NCBI GenBank assembly: GCA_040285825.1
Contig: JAUPSS010000003.1
Span: forward strand, 248,001-312,000
Direction: 5' to 3'
DNA from: Eukaryota sp. TZLM1-RC
Lineage: Eukaryota > Protista > Metamonada: BaSk clade
Length of the DNA stretch: 64,000 nt
Shown here: one piece after another, positions 48,033-60,527 of the stretch
How positions within the stretch are numbered: the first letter of the stretch is position 1
Layout of the letters: each line of letters starts with the position of its first letter
Made by a program: the position numbers and the translations under genes
The notes under the pieces: model-generated
What the model was told of the DNA's origin: nothing
What the model saw: only the letters and a program-made list of their open reading frames with translations
Databases searched by the model: none

Positions 48033-50758
48033 CTACTTTAGTGATTCAAATTCACTTTCAAATACGCTGGGCAACAGCCCTGCCTTCTTAATACTATGCA
48101 ATGATGTAATACCATCTTGCACTTTTGCATCTACCTCCAAACTGTGTAACTTCAAAAATAGACAAAATGCTGCCACTTTACCATAAAAGTCAACCAAGTT
48201 GACCAAGTTGACATTTGAACTGTTAGTTAAAAATTTCAAAAACTCTTCATCGTCATTCCAACTCCTGGAAAATTGGGTGATGAAATTGGTTTCAACCTCT
48301 GTGGGTGGCTTTGTTAAAGGTAAATTGAGACTAATCTGGGTTGATAAACTAATTAATTTGTCAGAGAGGTCAAAAGAAAGGCCTCGTTGTGAAAAAGATA
48401 TGCTGAAACCTAAACAGAAGCAAGCCATTGATTGGATAAAGGTCGACAGTGTTTAAAAAGACATAACAAATTCTCCAATTCCAGTTGTGAGACACCAACA
48501 GATTCCAGTATTTTGAAAGCTTCAACGGCAAAAGAACATATTACAATTGACTAATGAAGACCACAGAAAAATCAAAACCAAAAAAATCTACATCAGCTTT
48601 TCCTCGTAATTGATGAGTGAATCGTAGTAAAAATTTGGAAGTGAAAGTCATTAAAGCCTCAAAATCGGAATGTTCTGTCTTGTTAGATTTCAACACATTA
48701 ATAAGTTGAGAAGCAATGTTAATTAGAAACTGCTGATGAATTTCACAAGCAGAAAACACAATCCCAAGCAATAATTTCTTGCTTTCCACCGCAAAATCTT
48801 CTTTAGAAGAAGATTCAAAAGCCTGAATGAAGTAATTAAGGAGATTATTACTGGTACTGCTGAGAATTTTGTTACACTGCTTCTTGAAATTTTCCTTGTG
48901 AAAGTTCTTTGAATAATAAAAAACAGCATGAACAATTTCAAAATGATACACACATGTTTTTTTGGTCAAAAATCAACTGGCAGTTTTAATAATTCTGGAA
49001 CAACTGATAACTTGATCAAACAATCCAAAATGTTATTGGGTGTACTTGCTTCAGCTGAACAAACTGCTTCGTAAAGAAATGATAATAAGTGTTCTCCTCC
49101 GACATTATGCTTCAAGGCAGCGGAAAAAAGTTCACAACAAGGTGAAGCAACTTCAACTAGCCCACCACACAAAAGACCCAATGCAAAACAAGCATCAAAT
49201 GACAAGTGAGTCAAACGTTTACAGAATTGAGGGAGTAATTTAGTCCTGAGTTCGTTGACTAGAGAGGTTTTTAAACTTCCTGAGCAAGAATTTACCAAAA
49301 CAAACCAGATTTCAAACAAATAGTATAAAAACTCAGCGGGTAAATAAAAATTCCAATTAGCGTGCGGTAAGGGTATTGACAACAAAGTATTCAAAAAATT
49401 ATCATCAATTAGGCTAATAAACAAAGCATTAGTGACTTCATCTCTGTCAAAGACAGCTGAACTTCTGTAAACAATAAAGACAAACCTCAAAAGAACAATG
49501 TAGTCTGATTGAGGAACTTCCCAGGAAACACATCCACTCAAAAGACTCACAACAAGAGGAACCAACTCAGAGATAAGCTGAATTGCATGATCAGAAAGGG
49601 TAAAGTTTGAAGTGATGCCCTCATAGCTGAGGCAATTGCAGAGTGATTCAAAGAACCAAACGCAATGCTCCGTGAAAGAATTTTCAAATGTCTGAACTGA
49701 AGTCAATTGTCCAGCCAACACTGTTGCTTGTTCAAGTAGATAGACTAGAATCTCAACACCAAAAGAGTACTTGATGCAAGTTTTTGCCAACAAACCACAT
49801 CGATGTTGAAGTTCTTCGTTCTGGGAGATTATCCATATACCCCATGTTTCAATTTTTTGAACCAAACACCTGGCAAAATACTCATTATTAAACGCCAAAA
49901 CTTCTAACAAAGCGAAAAGTGAAGCCTTTGCTGAAGAAGATATAGAGGAACTAGAAACATTCATGAAAACTTTCAAGAATTTATCCACTCTTTCTTCGTA
50001 ATTAGGATGAGATTGATCAAACAAGACAATAAAAACATCTGAAAAACAACTAAAATCGCCTATACAATCACAGACCTGATAAAGACCTTCACAAACAACA
50101 TTGACAACTTCAATATTTACCAAGACAGAATTCAGAAATTGGGCAAATTTCTGGGAATTGCAATTAATGTAAAAAAAGACTGACCAAACAGAATCAGTGT
50201 TGATCAAATCCAAGAAATCTCGAGTCCAAGGATGACTGGTTGAGATCACAATAACATGGAGTAGTTTAAAGATAGGGTCATAATCAGCTCTAACTTTATC
50301 ATCACCCAAGTGTTTTTCGAATTCAATAGGGAACGGAAAGGGAAAGAAATTAGTATAATCAGCAACCAAATATTTAATCAATTCTGTTGGTAGGTCCAAT
50401 TTCATCAGTAACTGGGGAATACAGAGATCTAACGAACAAAGATGATAAAGTACCTCGAAAAATTCTTCATAATTTCTCCAATGAATTCTGGATAAGTTCA
50501 AGCAAGAGCTCCAACGATGGATAAACTTCACCACAACAGATTGATCACAATCAATTTTCTGAGTTTCAGATTGATTGAGTGACGAAAGAAGATCCTTTTC
50601 GACAGAAAAACAGACATACATAGCAATGTTGAAAATTCTAGCAAAATTTTGACGCACAATTGGTACCGAAGAAGAGATCAAAATATGAGGAAAAGAGCTC
50701 AAAACACCATTTACAGCAGAGAAAACCAGTTCCACATTTGCAAAACAGACAAAACTTT
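48033..50758 (-). pseudogene. C-terminal part of a USP9/24/34-like helical protein, 5'-truncated and frameshifted
   Basis: PIVRQNFARIF..HWRNYEEFFEVL; no ATG start, reading frame begins at the N2 element junction; breaks near 48966 and 48541. Confidence 0.5.
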
Positions 50759-51993
50759 TGCTCAAAAATTCAAACTATTTCATGTCACTTTTCTGTCTTC
50801 ACTTGTTGGAATTGATCCATCGTACATGAAAATATACATTTTTAAACGCAAAACATGGTGGAGCTGGTTTTCACAAAGGAAGCAGAATTGTCAAAGCAGC
50901 TTTTATTGGTGGAAAGAAAAATTTTCTTTTCAGTTCTTTTAAACGTTTTCCTGCATTGTGATTATCATTTGTGAAAAACTCCAATCTTCCAGTTTTTGAT
51001 GATCTTCAAAATCTAATTAATGATTTTCCTCAAGATGTTTGTATATGACTGGTTCATCAAAACACTTCTCCAAAAACAGTTGAAGCTCGTTTATTTGATG
51101 TGTTAACCAAAGCTGCATTTAATTTACAAAAAAGAATTACTGATATAGAGGAAGAAATATTTTTGAATGGTTTACTTTCTAATCATTCAGAAAACAAACA
51201 GTTATATCAATTTTTCTTAGAAGTTTCTTTTGCTTACGGTGTTTCTGCTGGTGCTGCTTCTATTACTCAACCTTTCCGAAAATTTGGATTGTGGTTAGAA
51301 GATGGTGTTTACAGACTTGCTATGAACATACGTTTAAATGTACCTGCTAATATTGGTCAAACTGATTTGAAGTATAGATGTAGACACTTTTCTTTACTTT
51401 GCACCATATCTTCAATTGTAACAAATTTGGAAAATTTCGTGATTTTCTTCACAATTGAGTGAGAGAAACCTTGTGGTCGATGTGCAGTAATTCAGGTTTA
51501 AGTTTTGAAATTGAAGTAATTTTGAAATCATTATACCCAGATGTTGTGACGAATGACACCAAGGATGTTGTTCCTTCGTTTAAAGTTACTGTTGACTTAT
51601 TAATTGATGTTGAGACAGTTGACAAAACAAATAATACAAACTGTGGACATCAAGATGTGATGAAAATATTAACTCGCAACGAATTAATCAAGCACAATCA
51701 TTTTGATCCTTTAGTACTCAAAATGAATAAGTTTTTAAAATCTAAACAAAAGATTCAATGGTCTTGTAATTTCTTTGAATGGACGATTAAGATTTTAGGC
51801 AACCTTGATGTTGGATGAATTTAATGATTTTATCATCAAAAAACGCCATTTGTTTATGTTAAATTTCTGGATCAATTGAATTGTCCTCAAGTTGTACAAA
51901 GGTCTTGGTAAAAAGGTTGAGGCTGTGGAACTTGCTGTTGCTCAAAGAGTGTTTCACAATGTAGGTGGAGACTCCTCTCCTTTGAGGAAGTAA
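50759..51993 (+). mobile_element. RLE-type non-LTR retrotransposon family N2
   Basis: Reverse-complement match to 14894-16125; frameshifted. Confidence 0.85.
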
Positions 51994-52052
51994 GTGTAAT
52001 AAATAAACATTTAATTTAAATTTTCCCACACATCTTCACTTCAATCGAACGA

Positions 52053-55000
52053 ATGGTCGAACGCAATGAAATCAGTGCCGTAGATTTGTTGTTCGTCAAG
52101 TATCCCTCTGCTTTCCTTGGTGGAGGGTGGTTTGGACAATGTTCATTCCTTGAAGTTGTTTGCCACACTCTACTTCTGTGTTTATTATGGTTAGTCCCCT
52201 TTGTTACCCTCTCCAGTAATCATTCTTTGTCCAACTCATTCCTTTTGTCTTTAACAGTCTCCATTCCTGTTTCCATTATCTTCATTACCAACAGTGTTCT
52301 TCAGTGCCTTATCTCCCGTGGCTCTTTCTCTAAACTGTCAAAGCAACAAATCTCAAATTTTATTGATTCAAGACTCTCCCCGTCACAATTATCTTTTTCC
52401 ATCTTGCTTACTATTTCCTCTTCGTTCTTCATCTTTTATTTGTCCTCCAACCACCCTAATTCGTCGTTTGCTCTTTTCTTTTCCCTTTCTACTGCTCTCA
52501 AGTCGCTCATCAAGCAACCAGATCCTGAGCCCTCTTCGCCGATTTTCTCGTACTCTATCGCTGCCTATTCGAGAAGTTACTTCATTTCAGTTGTTGGTCT
52601 GTTGTTCTTCGTTACTCCTTCTCTGATATCACCTTTTCTTATCTTTCTCCTCTCCACAATGCCTTTCCTCACCCTTCTGGGTCTTATCCCCTCTCCCAAC
52701 ATCTTTACCCATTGGCTGTTGGAGCAGCTGAACATTGTGATTCTTGGGGGTTCTGGTTTTACCTCGTTAAAAGGTGCTTCTTTCTCTATTATTCTCAGCG
52801 GCTTTTTTGTTTTTGTTTCTAGATTTATTATGGTTTATTATCTTGATCATACCTCCAGAATTGTTTTTTCTTTTTTTATTTGTCTTTGTCTTTCTCTAGT
52901 GTACTTAAGTGCTCGAATTCCTCCCAATTTCTTTTCAAATTTAATCTTTTTTGTGCTGAATTTTAAAATTAAATCTGATTCGTCTGTTAAATCAAGAATT
53001 ACTTCTTTCAAACAGTTTGTTTCAAGAACCTTTATTGGGCTAATTAGTTTTAGTTTTATTTGGTTTTTAATTCCTCTCATTTTCCATTCAACTTTTCTTT
53101 CTTTTAATTCAATCAATCCAAGTTTAATCGCTGCTTTTATTTCTTCTCTTTTTTCTTTTGTTTTGTCCAATTTACGACAACAATTTCCTTTTGGAATATT
53201 TAATTCTCCTTTTTTTAGCAGAAGTCAGCCTCATTTTTCAATGTCAGTGACTACAATTAAAAAGGAAATTGATCCTCCTGCTGTCTGGGAAGTTGTTTTC
53301 ACAGGGTTGAAAATTATTGAATCAGCAGTGGTCTTTCCTTTCTTTGTAACAACTTTATTTATCAACTCAATCGCAATCAATCAAGAATCAATCACTCAAT
53401 CAGTTTCCTTTTCTTTTGTGTTAATCATTTGTTATTTCAAATTAATTAGGAGATCTATTCAATTTAGTTGCAATTGGTTTCTTTTGACTCTTTACTTTTG
53501 CTTCTCGAAAATCGATTTTGCTGTTCATTTTAATAATCTCTCTATATTCAAGGACAACCCAATTTTATTTCTCTTCTTATTTAGTGTTTTCAGTTCCAAA
53601 CTATTCGAGCTCATCTCAAAACTTTATTTCAACTTGTACTCACTACCCACCATCAATGGCTTCTCAATCCTGTTTGCTCCACATTCTGCTTTCATATTGG
53701 CCAACAAGCTCTTATCGGTGCTTCTCTCAGCCCCAATTGTTCCTTACTGTGGTGCTGCCTTTGCTTGGGTTTGCGGAACTCCAAGGCCTGTCAAGTTTTG
53801 GCACTCTGATGAAGACCAAAAAGATCCTTCCTTCAATTGGGACGATGTCAGAAGACTTGATGGTGCATTTTATGATCAACTCAACCAATCACTCTCACGT
53901 TCCCTATCACGTGATGGGTTCTATGGGAGACTGGGTGACGTTGACACTGGAGATGTACTTTTTCTTACAGGAGACCCTCTGACTGCGATGGTAGTAGTTG
54001 TGGAAAAGGGTTTGGGTTACATTGGATTCCAATTGAGAGGACTCGAATTCAAGGGAACACCATGTCACAATTCTGAAATGAGAAGCATTGAGAGTGTCCT
54101 GAATAGTGTTGACTTTTTAGGTGATGTACCTGGTTGGCAAGCTTTCAGATTTCACTTGATGAAGCTCATCAATGCCGATTACAGAGTCTTCACTTACTCA
54201 GTGGCTGACAACCCCCTTGGTCCACTCCTGGGTTCTTTCGACTTTTGCTCGCTTCTTATTGTCAACTCCACGTATGCACTTGCCTTTGTTTTAGCTACTG
54301 ATTCTGATTTAAGGAACTTCTTAACCTCTCGAGAACTCTCTGTTAATGTCTCCCGTTACAAGGAAATTGTACATTCTGAGGTTGGTGGTCCAGAAATCTG
54401 CCCAGATTGGGACAGAAGCGTGAATGGTGTTACCTTTAACTTTTTTATCAAGAGCTTTGGACAGTTCTCATCACATTGCAGAGCCTCTCATTGTACTCAT
54501 TTAGTGACCCAGGACGTCTTTGACTCTATCCTCTTTACTTTGTCTTGCTTAATGCGCAGGGTTTTATTGTCCAATTCGTCTCAATCTTCTACTTTTGATT
54601 TGTCTCACAGGTTTAATTCGGTGTTTCAGGGTGATTTGTCCAGCTTAAAGGATCTATCTTGGGTACCGTCTTCAGTGAAGAGGCTATTGGTGTTGGCAGC
54701 AAGGTTTTCACTTAAACTCCATTGTGATTACTTTATAGATGGGGATGATGAGTTCTCCGATCCTCAGATTCTGTTGTCCCGGTTACATGCATATAAAGAT
54801 TACCACATTATTTGCTCTGAAAGAGAACCTTTGTGGAATCAGGCTATAAGGTCTGAATCTCACAATATTGATACATTGAGGACCTATTTAGACGATGGCG
54901 AACGTAAGTTTTCGATATTGCAACTCAAATTGCAGTATCAAAAATTTGGCTTGCTGAAGCTCAACCAACATTCTGTCTTTGGTCAGTGGGCAAGTGCTGT

Positions 55001-55151
55001 ACATGAAGTTGTTTTCGTAGGCAATGAGGATGCGGAGAGGGCATCACTACAACAGTGTTCCAGTTGCTTAAGGAATCTCACTGTCAGTAGCGCAAATGCA
55101 CCAACTGGGTATCCCTTAGCTGTTTGTGGTTGTGTGTGTAGTCTTTATTGA
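52053..55151 (+). CDS. Pecanex-like protein
   Basis: TM-rich N-half; LKSLIKQPDPE, HWLLEQLNIVILGGS, PRPVKFW, FQLRGLEFKGTPCH, NEDAERASLQ..LRNL...PTGYP. Confidence 0.9.
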   Translation: MVERNEISAVDLLFVKYPSAFLGGGWFGQCSFLEVVCHTLLLCLLWLVPFVTLSSNHSLSNSFLLSLTVSIPVSIIFITNSVLQCLISRGSFSKLSKQQISNFIDSRLSPSQLSFSILLTISSSFFIFYLSSNHPNSSFALFFSLSTALKSLIKQPDPEPSSPIFSYSIAAYSRSYFISVVGLLFFVTPSLISPFLIFLLSTMPFLTLLGLIPSPNIFTHWLLEQLNIVILGGSGFTSLKGASFSIILSGFFVFVSRFIMVYYLDHTSRIVFSFFICLCLSLVYLSARIPPNFFSNLIFFVLNFKIKSDSSVKSRITSFKQFVSRTFIGLISFSFIWFLIPLIFHSTFLSFNSINPSLIAAFISSLFSFVLSNLRQQFPFGIFNSPFFSRSQPHFSMSVTTIKKEIDPPAVWEVVFTGLKIIESAVVFPFFVTTLFINSIAINQESITQSVSFSFVLIICYFKLIRRSIQFSCNWFLLTLYFCFSKIDFAVHFNNLSIFKDNPILFLFLFSVFSSKLFELISKLYFNLYSLPTINGFSILFAPHSAFILANKLLSVLLSAPIVPYCGAAFAWVCGTPRPVKFWHSDEDQKDPSFNWDDVRRLDGAFYDQLNQSLSRSLSRDGFYGRLGDVDTGDVLFLTGDPLTAMVVVVEKGLGYIGFQLRGLEFKGTPCHNSEMRSIESVLNSVDFLGDVPGWQAFRFHLMKLINADYRVFTYSVADNPLGPLLGSFDFCSLLIVNSTYALAFVLATDSDLRNFLTSRELSVNVSRYKEIVHSEVGGPEICPDWDRSVNGVTFNFFIKSFGQFSSHCRASHCTHLVTQDVFDSILFTLSCLMRRVLLSNSSQSSTFDLSHRFNSVFQGDLSSLKDLSWVPSSVKRLLVLAARFSLKLHCDYFIDGDDEFSDPQILLSRLHAYKDYHIICSEREPLWNQAIRSESHNIDTLRTYLDDGERKFSILQLKLQYQKFGLLKLNQHSVFGQWASAVHEVVFVGNEDAERASLQQCSSCLRNLTVSSANAPTGYPLAVCGCVCSLY

Positions 55152-55219
55152 TTGTTGGAAATGTATCTGAATTGTAAATTACTGTGATTTTTTTCACTTT
55201 GAACTTTTTTTTGAAATAT

Positions 55220-57225
55220 ATTTATTTATTAGAAAAGTTATAAATCAACCTCTGAATAATCCATCTCTCCCAAAACAAAACAACTAGATGCAACTCTCTC
55301 ATAGTGAGATCCAAGAGAAAGCAAAGCATCAGAAACCATCTTCAACATCCCCTTAAAAATAGACAACACAATTTGATTTTGCCAAACAAATTGTTGAAAT
55401 TTCTGTTAGTTCTCTTTACAATCATTTCAAAATCTGCCAAAAAACGTAGAGCCGTAGGAGCAAGTGAACCAAATAGAGAAAATACAACGATACAAATTGG
55501 ATTTTGCATACTGATGGCTGGACATTTAGGACAAAGGTTCATTGTGTTTTTTGATTTAGAAATTTTCAGCATTTGAAAGGGAATTATGAATTTCAGAATT
55601 AGCTAGCCTTTCATTTGAGGTATTACAAGGATCAACAGACATTACAATTAATAACATGAAGGTTCGATCCAATCCAGGTAATAAGACATCACCTCTATTA
55701 TTCTTATGAAAATCATTCTTCAGCATCAAACAGATTTGACAACAGAGGGTCCAAAAAGGATTCAATTCTATGAGACTTACACATACAATATAGTTGGACT
55801 CTTACAGCAGCCTGAACCTTACTTCTAAAAGTAATAAAATGTTTACACTTTAACAAATATTATTTTATTCATTCAACAAGAAATATGAAAACATAAAATA
55901 CACAATTAAAACTCCACATCCTCAAAACCTGCCTCCCCTACATCAAAACAATTAATTGCCAAAGATTCAGAAAATTTCCCAAAAGAAGAGAGTGAATCAG
56001 AAATTAGTTTTATCATTCCCTTAAAAATAGAAAATACAATCCTGTTTTGCCAGTAAACACGATTGAGAATTCTTCCAGTTCTTTCCTTTACAACTACAAC
56101 AAAATCCTCAAGAAAATCCAAAGCAGCCTTACCTAAAGATTCGAGCAAGCAAAAAAGAAAGAGGCATAAATTATATTGGGCATGAGAATTTTCATTGACA
56201 GAAGAAATAGGTTTCGCGTATTGAGCAATTTTGTCTTTTTCCTCAGCAGGAAGAGGATAATTTACATCTGAATTAATGATTCGTTCGTTAGAAGAAATAC
56301 AAGGGTCAATAGACATGGCGTCTAAGATAGTAAACTACCATTTAAACCGGGAACAACTAGATCACCTCTTGTCAGACCCATGGTGTTAGCAGAAGAATCT
56401 GCTAAGTCTAGTTAAAAATGTTCAATGATCAACCTCTCGAGATCAAGGGCACCTCCAACAATAGAAGCTCTGTTGTAGCGCGTACTATCAATATTGGGGT
56501 CATCAAGAATTAATTTTAATAACAACTGCTCTAAAAAGGAATCTACTCGATATGATTTGCACATTACATAAATTTGGTCCCTGATATTATTATGCACTTT
56601 GCTTCTAAATGTAATGAAATGTTTACAGTTCAAAAGATGATTAAACAAAAGAAATTTACCACATTTACAAGTTAAATGATTGGGCAAATTGTTTGGCCAC
56701 AGAAAACAACGAAAACGTATGTTTAAAAGCCATTCATTGGTTTTTAACAAAAGTCCATAAACAGAGGGAATTTGAGTTACTAAAGCAGCAGCAGAACTAT
56801 CACGAATGTCCTTTAAAAAAATTACCGAAAGCGGGATTTCCAGTTTTGGCCAAGCAAAGTCTTACCAAGCCAAGTCGATTTAACAAATGAGTAATTGTAA
56901 TTTTTCAAGAACATCTACAAATAAAATTATGAGGTAAATTATCAGGCCAGATAAAGGAACGAAATCTCTTATTCAAAGTCCAAGCAGAATCAGTTAAGAG
57001 AGTGCCATTTACTTGGGGAATTGTTGTTACTGAAGCAGAAGATGTACTATCGCACATATCTTGTAAAAGATTTGCCAAATCGGGATTCTTTTTCTTGGCC
57101 AGGCCAAGTCTAACATCAAAATTCAAGCTTTCAAATATCTTTGACAATTTTTGTTGAAGCTTTTTACAGCAAAACTGCAAATTAAAAAGAGATCGGTTTG
57201 GAATTTCTTGAAATGATTGATTTTT
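55220..57225 (-). mobile_element. Stacked fragments of RLE-type non-LTR family N3
   Basis: Two endonuclease ends (RGDVLLPGLD; TRGDLVVPGLNG..MSIDPC), CKCGKFLLFNHLLNC..HNNIRD, and a second partial copy 56900-57225. Confidence 0.8.
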
Positions 57226-57227
57226 TT

Positions 57228-58012
57228 CTCTCACTCGATTGTGAAGAAAATCACGAAATTTTCCAAATTTGTTACAATTGAAGATATGGTGCAAAGTAGC
57301 AAAGTGTCTACATCTACACTTCAAATCAGTTTGACCAATACTAGCAGGTACATGTAAATGTATGTTCATAGCAAGTCTGTAAACACCATCTTCTAACCAC
57401 AATCCAAATTTTCGGAAAGGTTGAGTAATAGAAGCAGCACCAGCAGAAACACCGTAAGCAAAGAAACTTCAAATAAAAAACTATATAGCTCTTTGTTTTT
57501 GAAAGATTAGAAAGTAAACCATTCAAAAATTCTTCTTCCTCTATATCAGTAATTCTTTTTTGTAAATTAAGTGCAGCTTAGGTTAACACATCAAATAAAC
57601 GAGCTTCAACTGTTTCTGGAGAAGTGTTTTGATGAACCAGTCATATACAAACATCTTGAGGAAAATCATTAGATTTTGAAGATAATAAAAATCCGGAAGA
57701 TTGGAGTATTTCACAAATGATAACCACAATGCAGGAAAACGTTTAAAAGAACTGAAAAGAAAATTGTTCATTCCACCAATAAAAGCTGCTTTGACAATTC
57801 TGCTTGCATTGTGAAAACCAGCTCCACCATGTTTTGCGTTTAAAAATGTATTTTTCTATGTACGATGGATCAATTCCAACAAGCGAAGACAGAAAAGTGA
57901 CATGAATTAGTTTGAATTTTTGAGCAATTGGGAGAGTAATTTCTGAACGTAAGCAGCGATAAAAATGATTTAAATCAGAATTAAAACAAATGTTTCCAGT
58001 ATAAAACTAGAT
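57228..58012 (-). mobile_element. Non-LTR family N2 fragment
   Basis: Nearly identical to 15422-16207. Confidence 0.85.
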
Positions 58013-58352
58013 GCTGCAATTTAAGAAAGTGGAAAAAACAGTTGAAACATTGCGATGGTGCAGAAATCCCATGCCATAGGAGGCACGAGATGTCTAATGG
58101 TCGCGGGCTTACCATGTGTGAATCATGTAAAAGCTTGTGGAATAGAGATCGAAATGCTTCACTGAATATGTGGGTAGTGATGGAAGCATGTAAAAGGTGG
58201 AGATAGACCGGAATACCTACAGAGAATCAAGGTTGACAAAGGTTCAAAGAAAAAGGTATCAAGGAGAAAAGCTTCCATTCTCAAATACTCAGTCTCTCTA
58301 CATTGGTGTAAAGAGGACACTTATTGCATTGTTATAGACATCATCTGTAACA
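58013..58352 (+). mobile_element. Fanzor family C 3' fragment with structured right end abutting ATG
   Basis: GLTMCESCKSLWNRDRNASLNM, DRPEYLQR; hairpins ctctctaca-ttgg-tgtaaagag and cattgttataga-catca-tctgtaacaATG. Confidence 0.85.
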
Positions 58353-58868
58353 ATGAGCAGTGCATGTGCAACAGATGATTTCGTTGCCACCAATCACCTG
58401 TCACAAACACTCGACCTCAGCAAGGTTCATGGACCTACTTCATTGTCATATAGTGTCCCAATCCCCCCAACTGAGGCATCTTTGTCTTCCACTAAGCCCT
58501 CTTCGTCCTCTTCTTCGGTGTTTTTACCTCAGTTCCTCAAAAATCTATTCTTTCTATCAGGGGGTGCATTCATTGGCATGGCAATAGCCTGCACTCTCCT
58601 ATCCTTTTTTATAAATGAAGTTCCCTCTAAACAACTTTCATTATTTAATTCTTTGGCCTCATCTTTATTACTTATATTTCTTTCAGGCACAGTGCTAGTG
58701 GTGAAGGCTAATGGTAGCACCACATACAGGCTGGCTGTTTTATTTGCTGCGATTTCTCTAGTTTTGAGGACTCTTTGGTCAATTTCCAATGATTTTGTTT
58801 TTCTTTTTTTCTATTCTTTGTTTTCAGTTGGTTTCTGTTTTGCCTCTTTTATGTGTTTTGGTGGTTAG
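58353..58868 (+). CDS. Small membrane protein (~4 TM), unknown function
   Basis: 171-aa ORF, Ser-rich N-terminus and four hydrophobic segments. Confidence 0.6.
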   Translation: MSSACATDDFVATNHLSQTLDLSKVHGPTSLSYSVPIPPTEASLSSTKPSSSSSSVFLPQFLKNLFFLSGGAFIGMAIACTLLSFFINEVPSKQLSLFNSLASSLLLIFLSGTVLVVKANGSTTYRLAVLFAAISLVLRTLWSISNDFVFLFFYSLFSVGFCFASFMCFGG

Positions 58869-59201
58869 TTTATTAATTTATTACTTGAATATCGCCGTTA
58901 TTGAATAATTAACATTGAATAATTCTATTTAATTTTTTTAATTTTATTTTATTTAATTTGCGTTATAATGTTCTGTTTCTGGATCAAGTATATGGGTGTT
59001 GACCTTGACTTGTGACAACCTTTATAGGAATGTAGTTCTCTTTGATTGCAGCGGTAATTGCATCATTTTTGGTGGCGTGGTCAAAATTCTGTTGACTCTG
59101 TAGATTAGATCTAATTCTAGTTTAAAGTGAGAAAATACAATTTACAATAAATTCAACGATAAACAAAATAAACAAAAACTAAAAACAAAAGCTAATGATA
59201 T

Positions 59202-60527
59202 CTACTGAAGTACCAAATACTGTTTTTCTAGCTTAATTTGCTCCCATTCGATTCGCAAAATGGCCCACAAGATTCTTCTAAACACTTCCACAGATTCCTG
59301 AACAACCAAAACTAGTGGAGCAAAAAACCAAAGGTGCATTGGAAAGGCAAACAAAAGCCAAAAAAACCTTAAAAAGATATTGATAACAATTACTAAGGGG
59401 TAGTAACAGGGAGAAAGGTAAAGTTTTCGCCTCAAAAGAGTTACATTACGGTCTTCAAGATTCTCCAGTAAACCCCAATCAACAAATAAATCAAATAAAG
59501 AGGCGTAAAAAGAAGAAATAAAATTACTTGCCAAAAACAGATAGTAAAAAACACTATTTTCATGGTTAAATCTTCCAGAAACAATAGAGAATAAAATAGC
59601 CGCTATTGACATTAGATATTTGAGTGCATTAGTTGAATGAGGGTGTGCAGAACAAAACCTAAAAGAACAAAGACAAGACGGGCTAAACTTGATGATGTTC
59701 CTTACACAGTGCCAAAAACGAACCCAGAAAGGAAAAACTAAAAGAAACGGTGTCCAAAAGGCCAAGGAAACTTGACAACGATCATTAGCATCCAATATAC
59801 TAGGTGAATGAATGTTGAAAAACATGCATCCAGTGAAATAGAAATCTAGAAAAACTTTGGACAAACTAGTTAAGATGTCAGCCCAAAAGAACTCATTAAA
59901 CCCAATCCTGCCAAAAGGAGCAATTAGACAGTGAAAAAGGGTAGATAGAAGGTAATTACGCGGCCTTGAGTAGCAACTTCTGAATGGGAAGAAAAAGACC
60001 AAGCCAAAGTACACAATGACAAGGAAAGGGTAAGGAGACAATGGAGAGAGAAAAGCTGATGGATATAAGGGTAGGAATGGTTTGGGGAGTGGAAGGAATC
60101 CGGTGATGGTAAAGAGAAAGAGTAGAAAGAGTACATTCCATCCAATGGAGAGGAAAGAGGCAAGAGTGAAGCAGTTGGTGGGAGAGAGGGAGCGTTCAAG
60201 GGTTGTAGTTAAAATCGAGAGATAATGAACCCTGCGATGAGAGAGATAAACAGAAAGGCAGCCCCAGAGCCATAAGAGAAAGTTTAAAACAAATGTGAAT
60301 CGAAAAAAAGGAAATCCAATTGAAAAAATGGGATTAGATTCCAGTGAATATTCAAGAACCGGAATAACCAAGATAGAGCCCATCAGAAGAAGTTGTGAGA
60401 AAGCGGACACGAACCAGAAAACAATAAGCAAGGGTTTGAGTGCTGATGACCAAACGGAAGAAGTAACTGGCTTCAAGTCAAGAAGGAATTCTGAGGGAGC
60501 TGCTTGCAGTAGAGGTTGGTGACTCAT
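59202..60527 (-). CDS. EXS-family (ERD1/XPR1/SYG1) membrane protein
   Basis: FNEFFWADILTSLSKVF, PFWVRFWHC, NALKY, DLFVDWGL, NIFLRFFW, EVFRRILWAILRIEWE; start taken at MSHQP 60527. Confidence 0.88.
   Translation of the reverse strand: MSHQPLLQAAPSEFLLDLKPVTSSVWSSALKPLLIVFWFVSAFSQLLLMGSILVIPVLEYSLESNPIFSIGFPFFRFTFVLNFLLWLWGCLSVYLSHRRVHYLSILTTTLERSLSPTNCFTLASFLSIGWNVLFLLFLFTITGFLPLPKPFLPLYPSAFLSPLSPYPFLVIVYFGLVFFFPFRSCYSRPRNYLLSTLFHCLIAPFGRIGFNEFFWADILTSLSKVFLDFYFTGCMFFNIHSPSILDANDRCQVSLAFWTPFLLVFPFWVRFWHCVRNIIKFSPSCLCSFRFCSAHPHSTNALKYLMSIAAILFSIVSGRFNHENSVFYYLFLASNFISSFYASLFDLFVDWGLLENLEDRNVTLLRRKLYLSPCYYPLVIVINIFLRFFWLLFAFPMHLWFFAPLVLVVQESVEVFRRILWAILRIEWEQIKLEKQYLVLQ

Noticed and set aside
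3391-60522. Numerous short antisense/overlapping ORFs in the track
   Set aside because: Shadows of real genes or TEs with no independent motif support.
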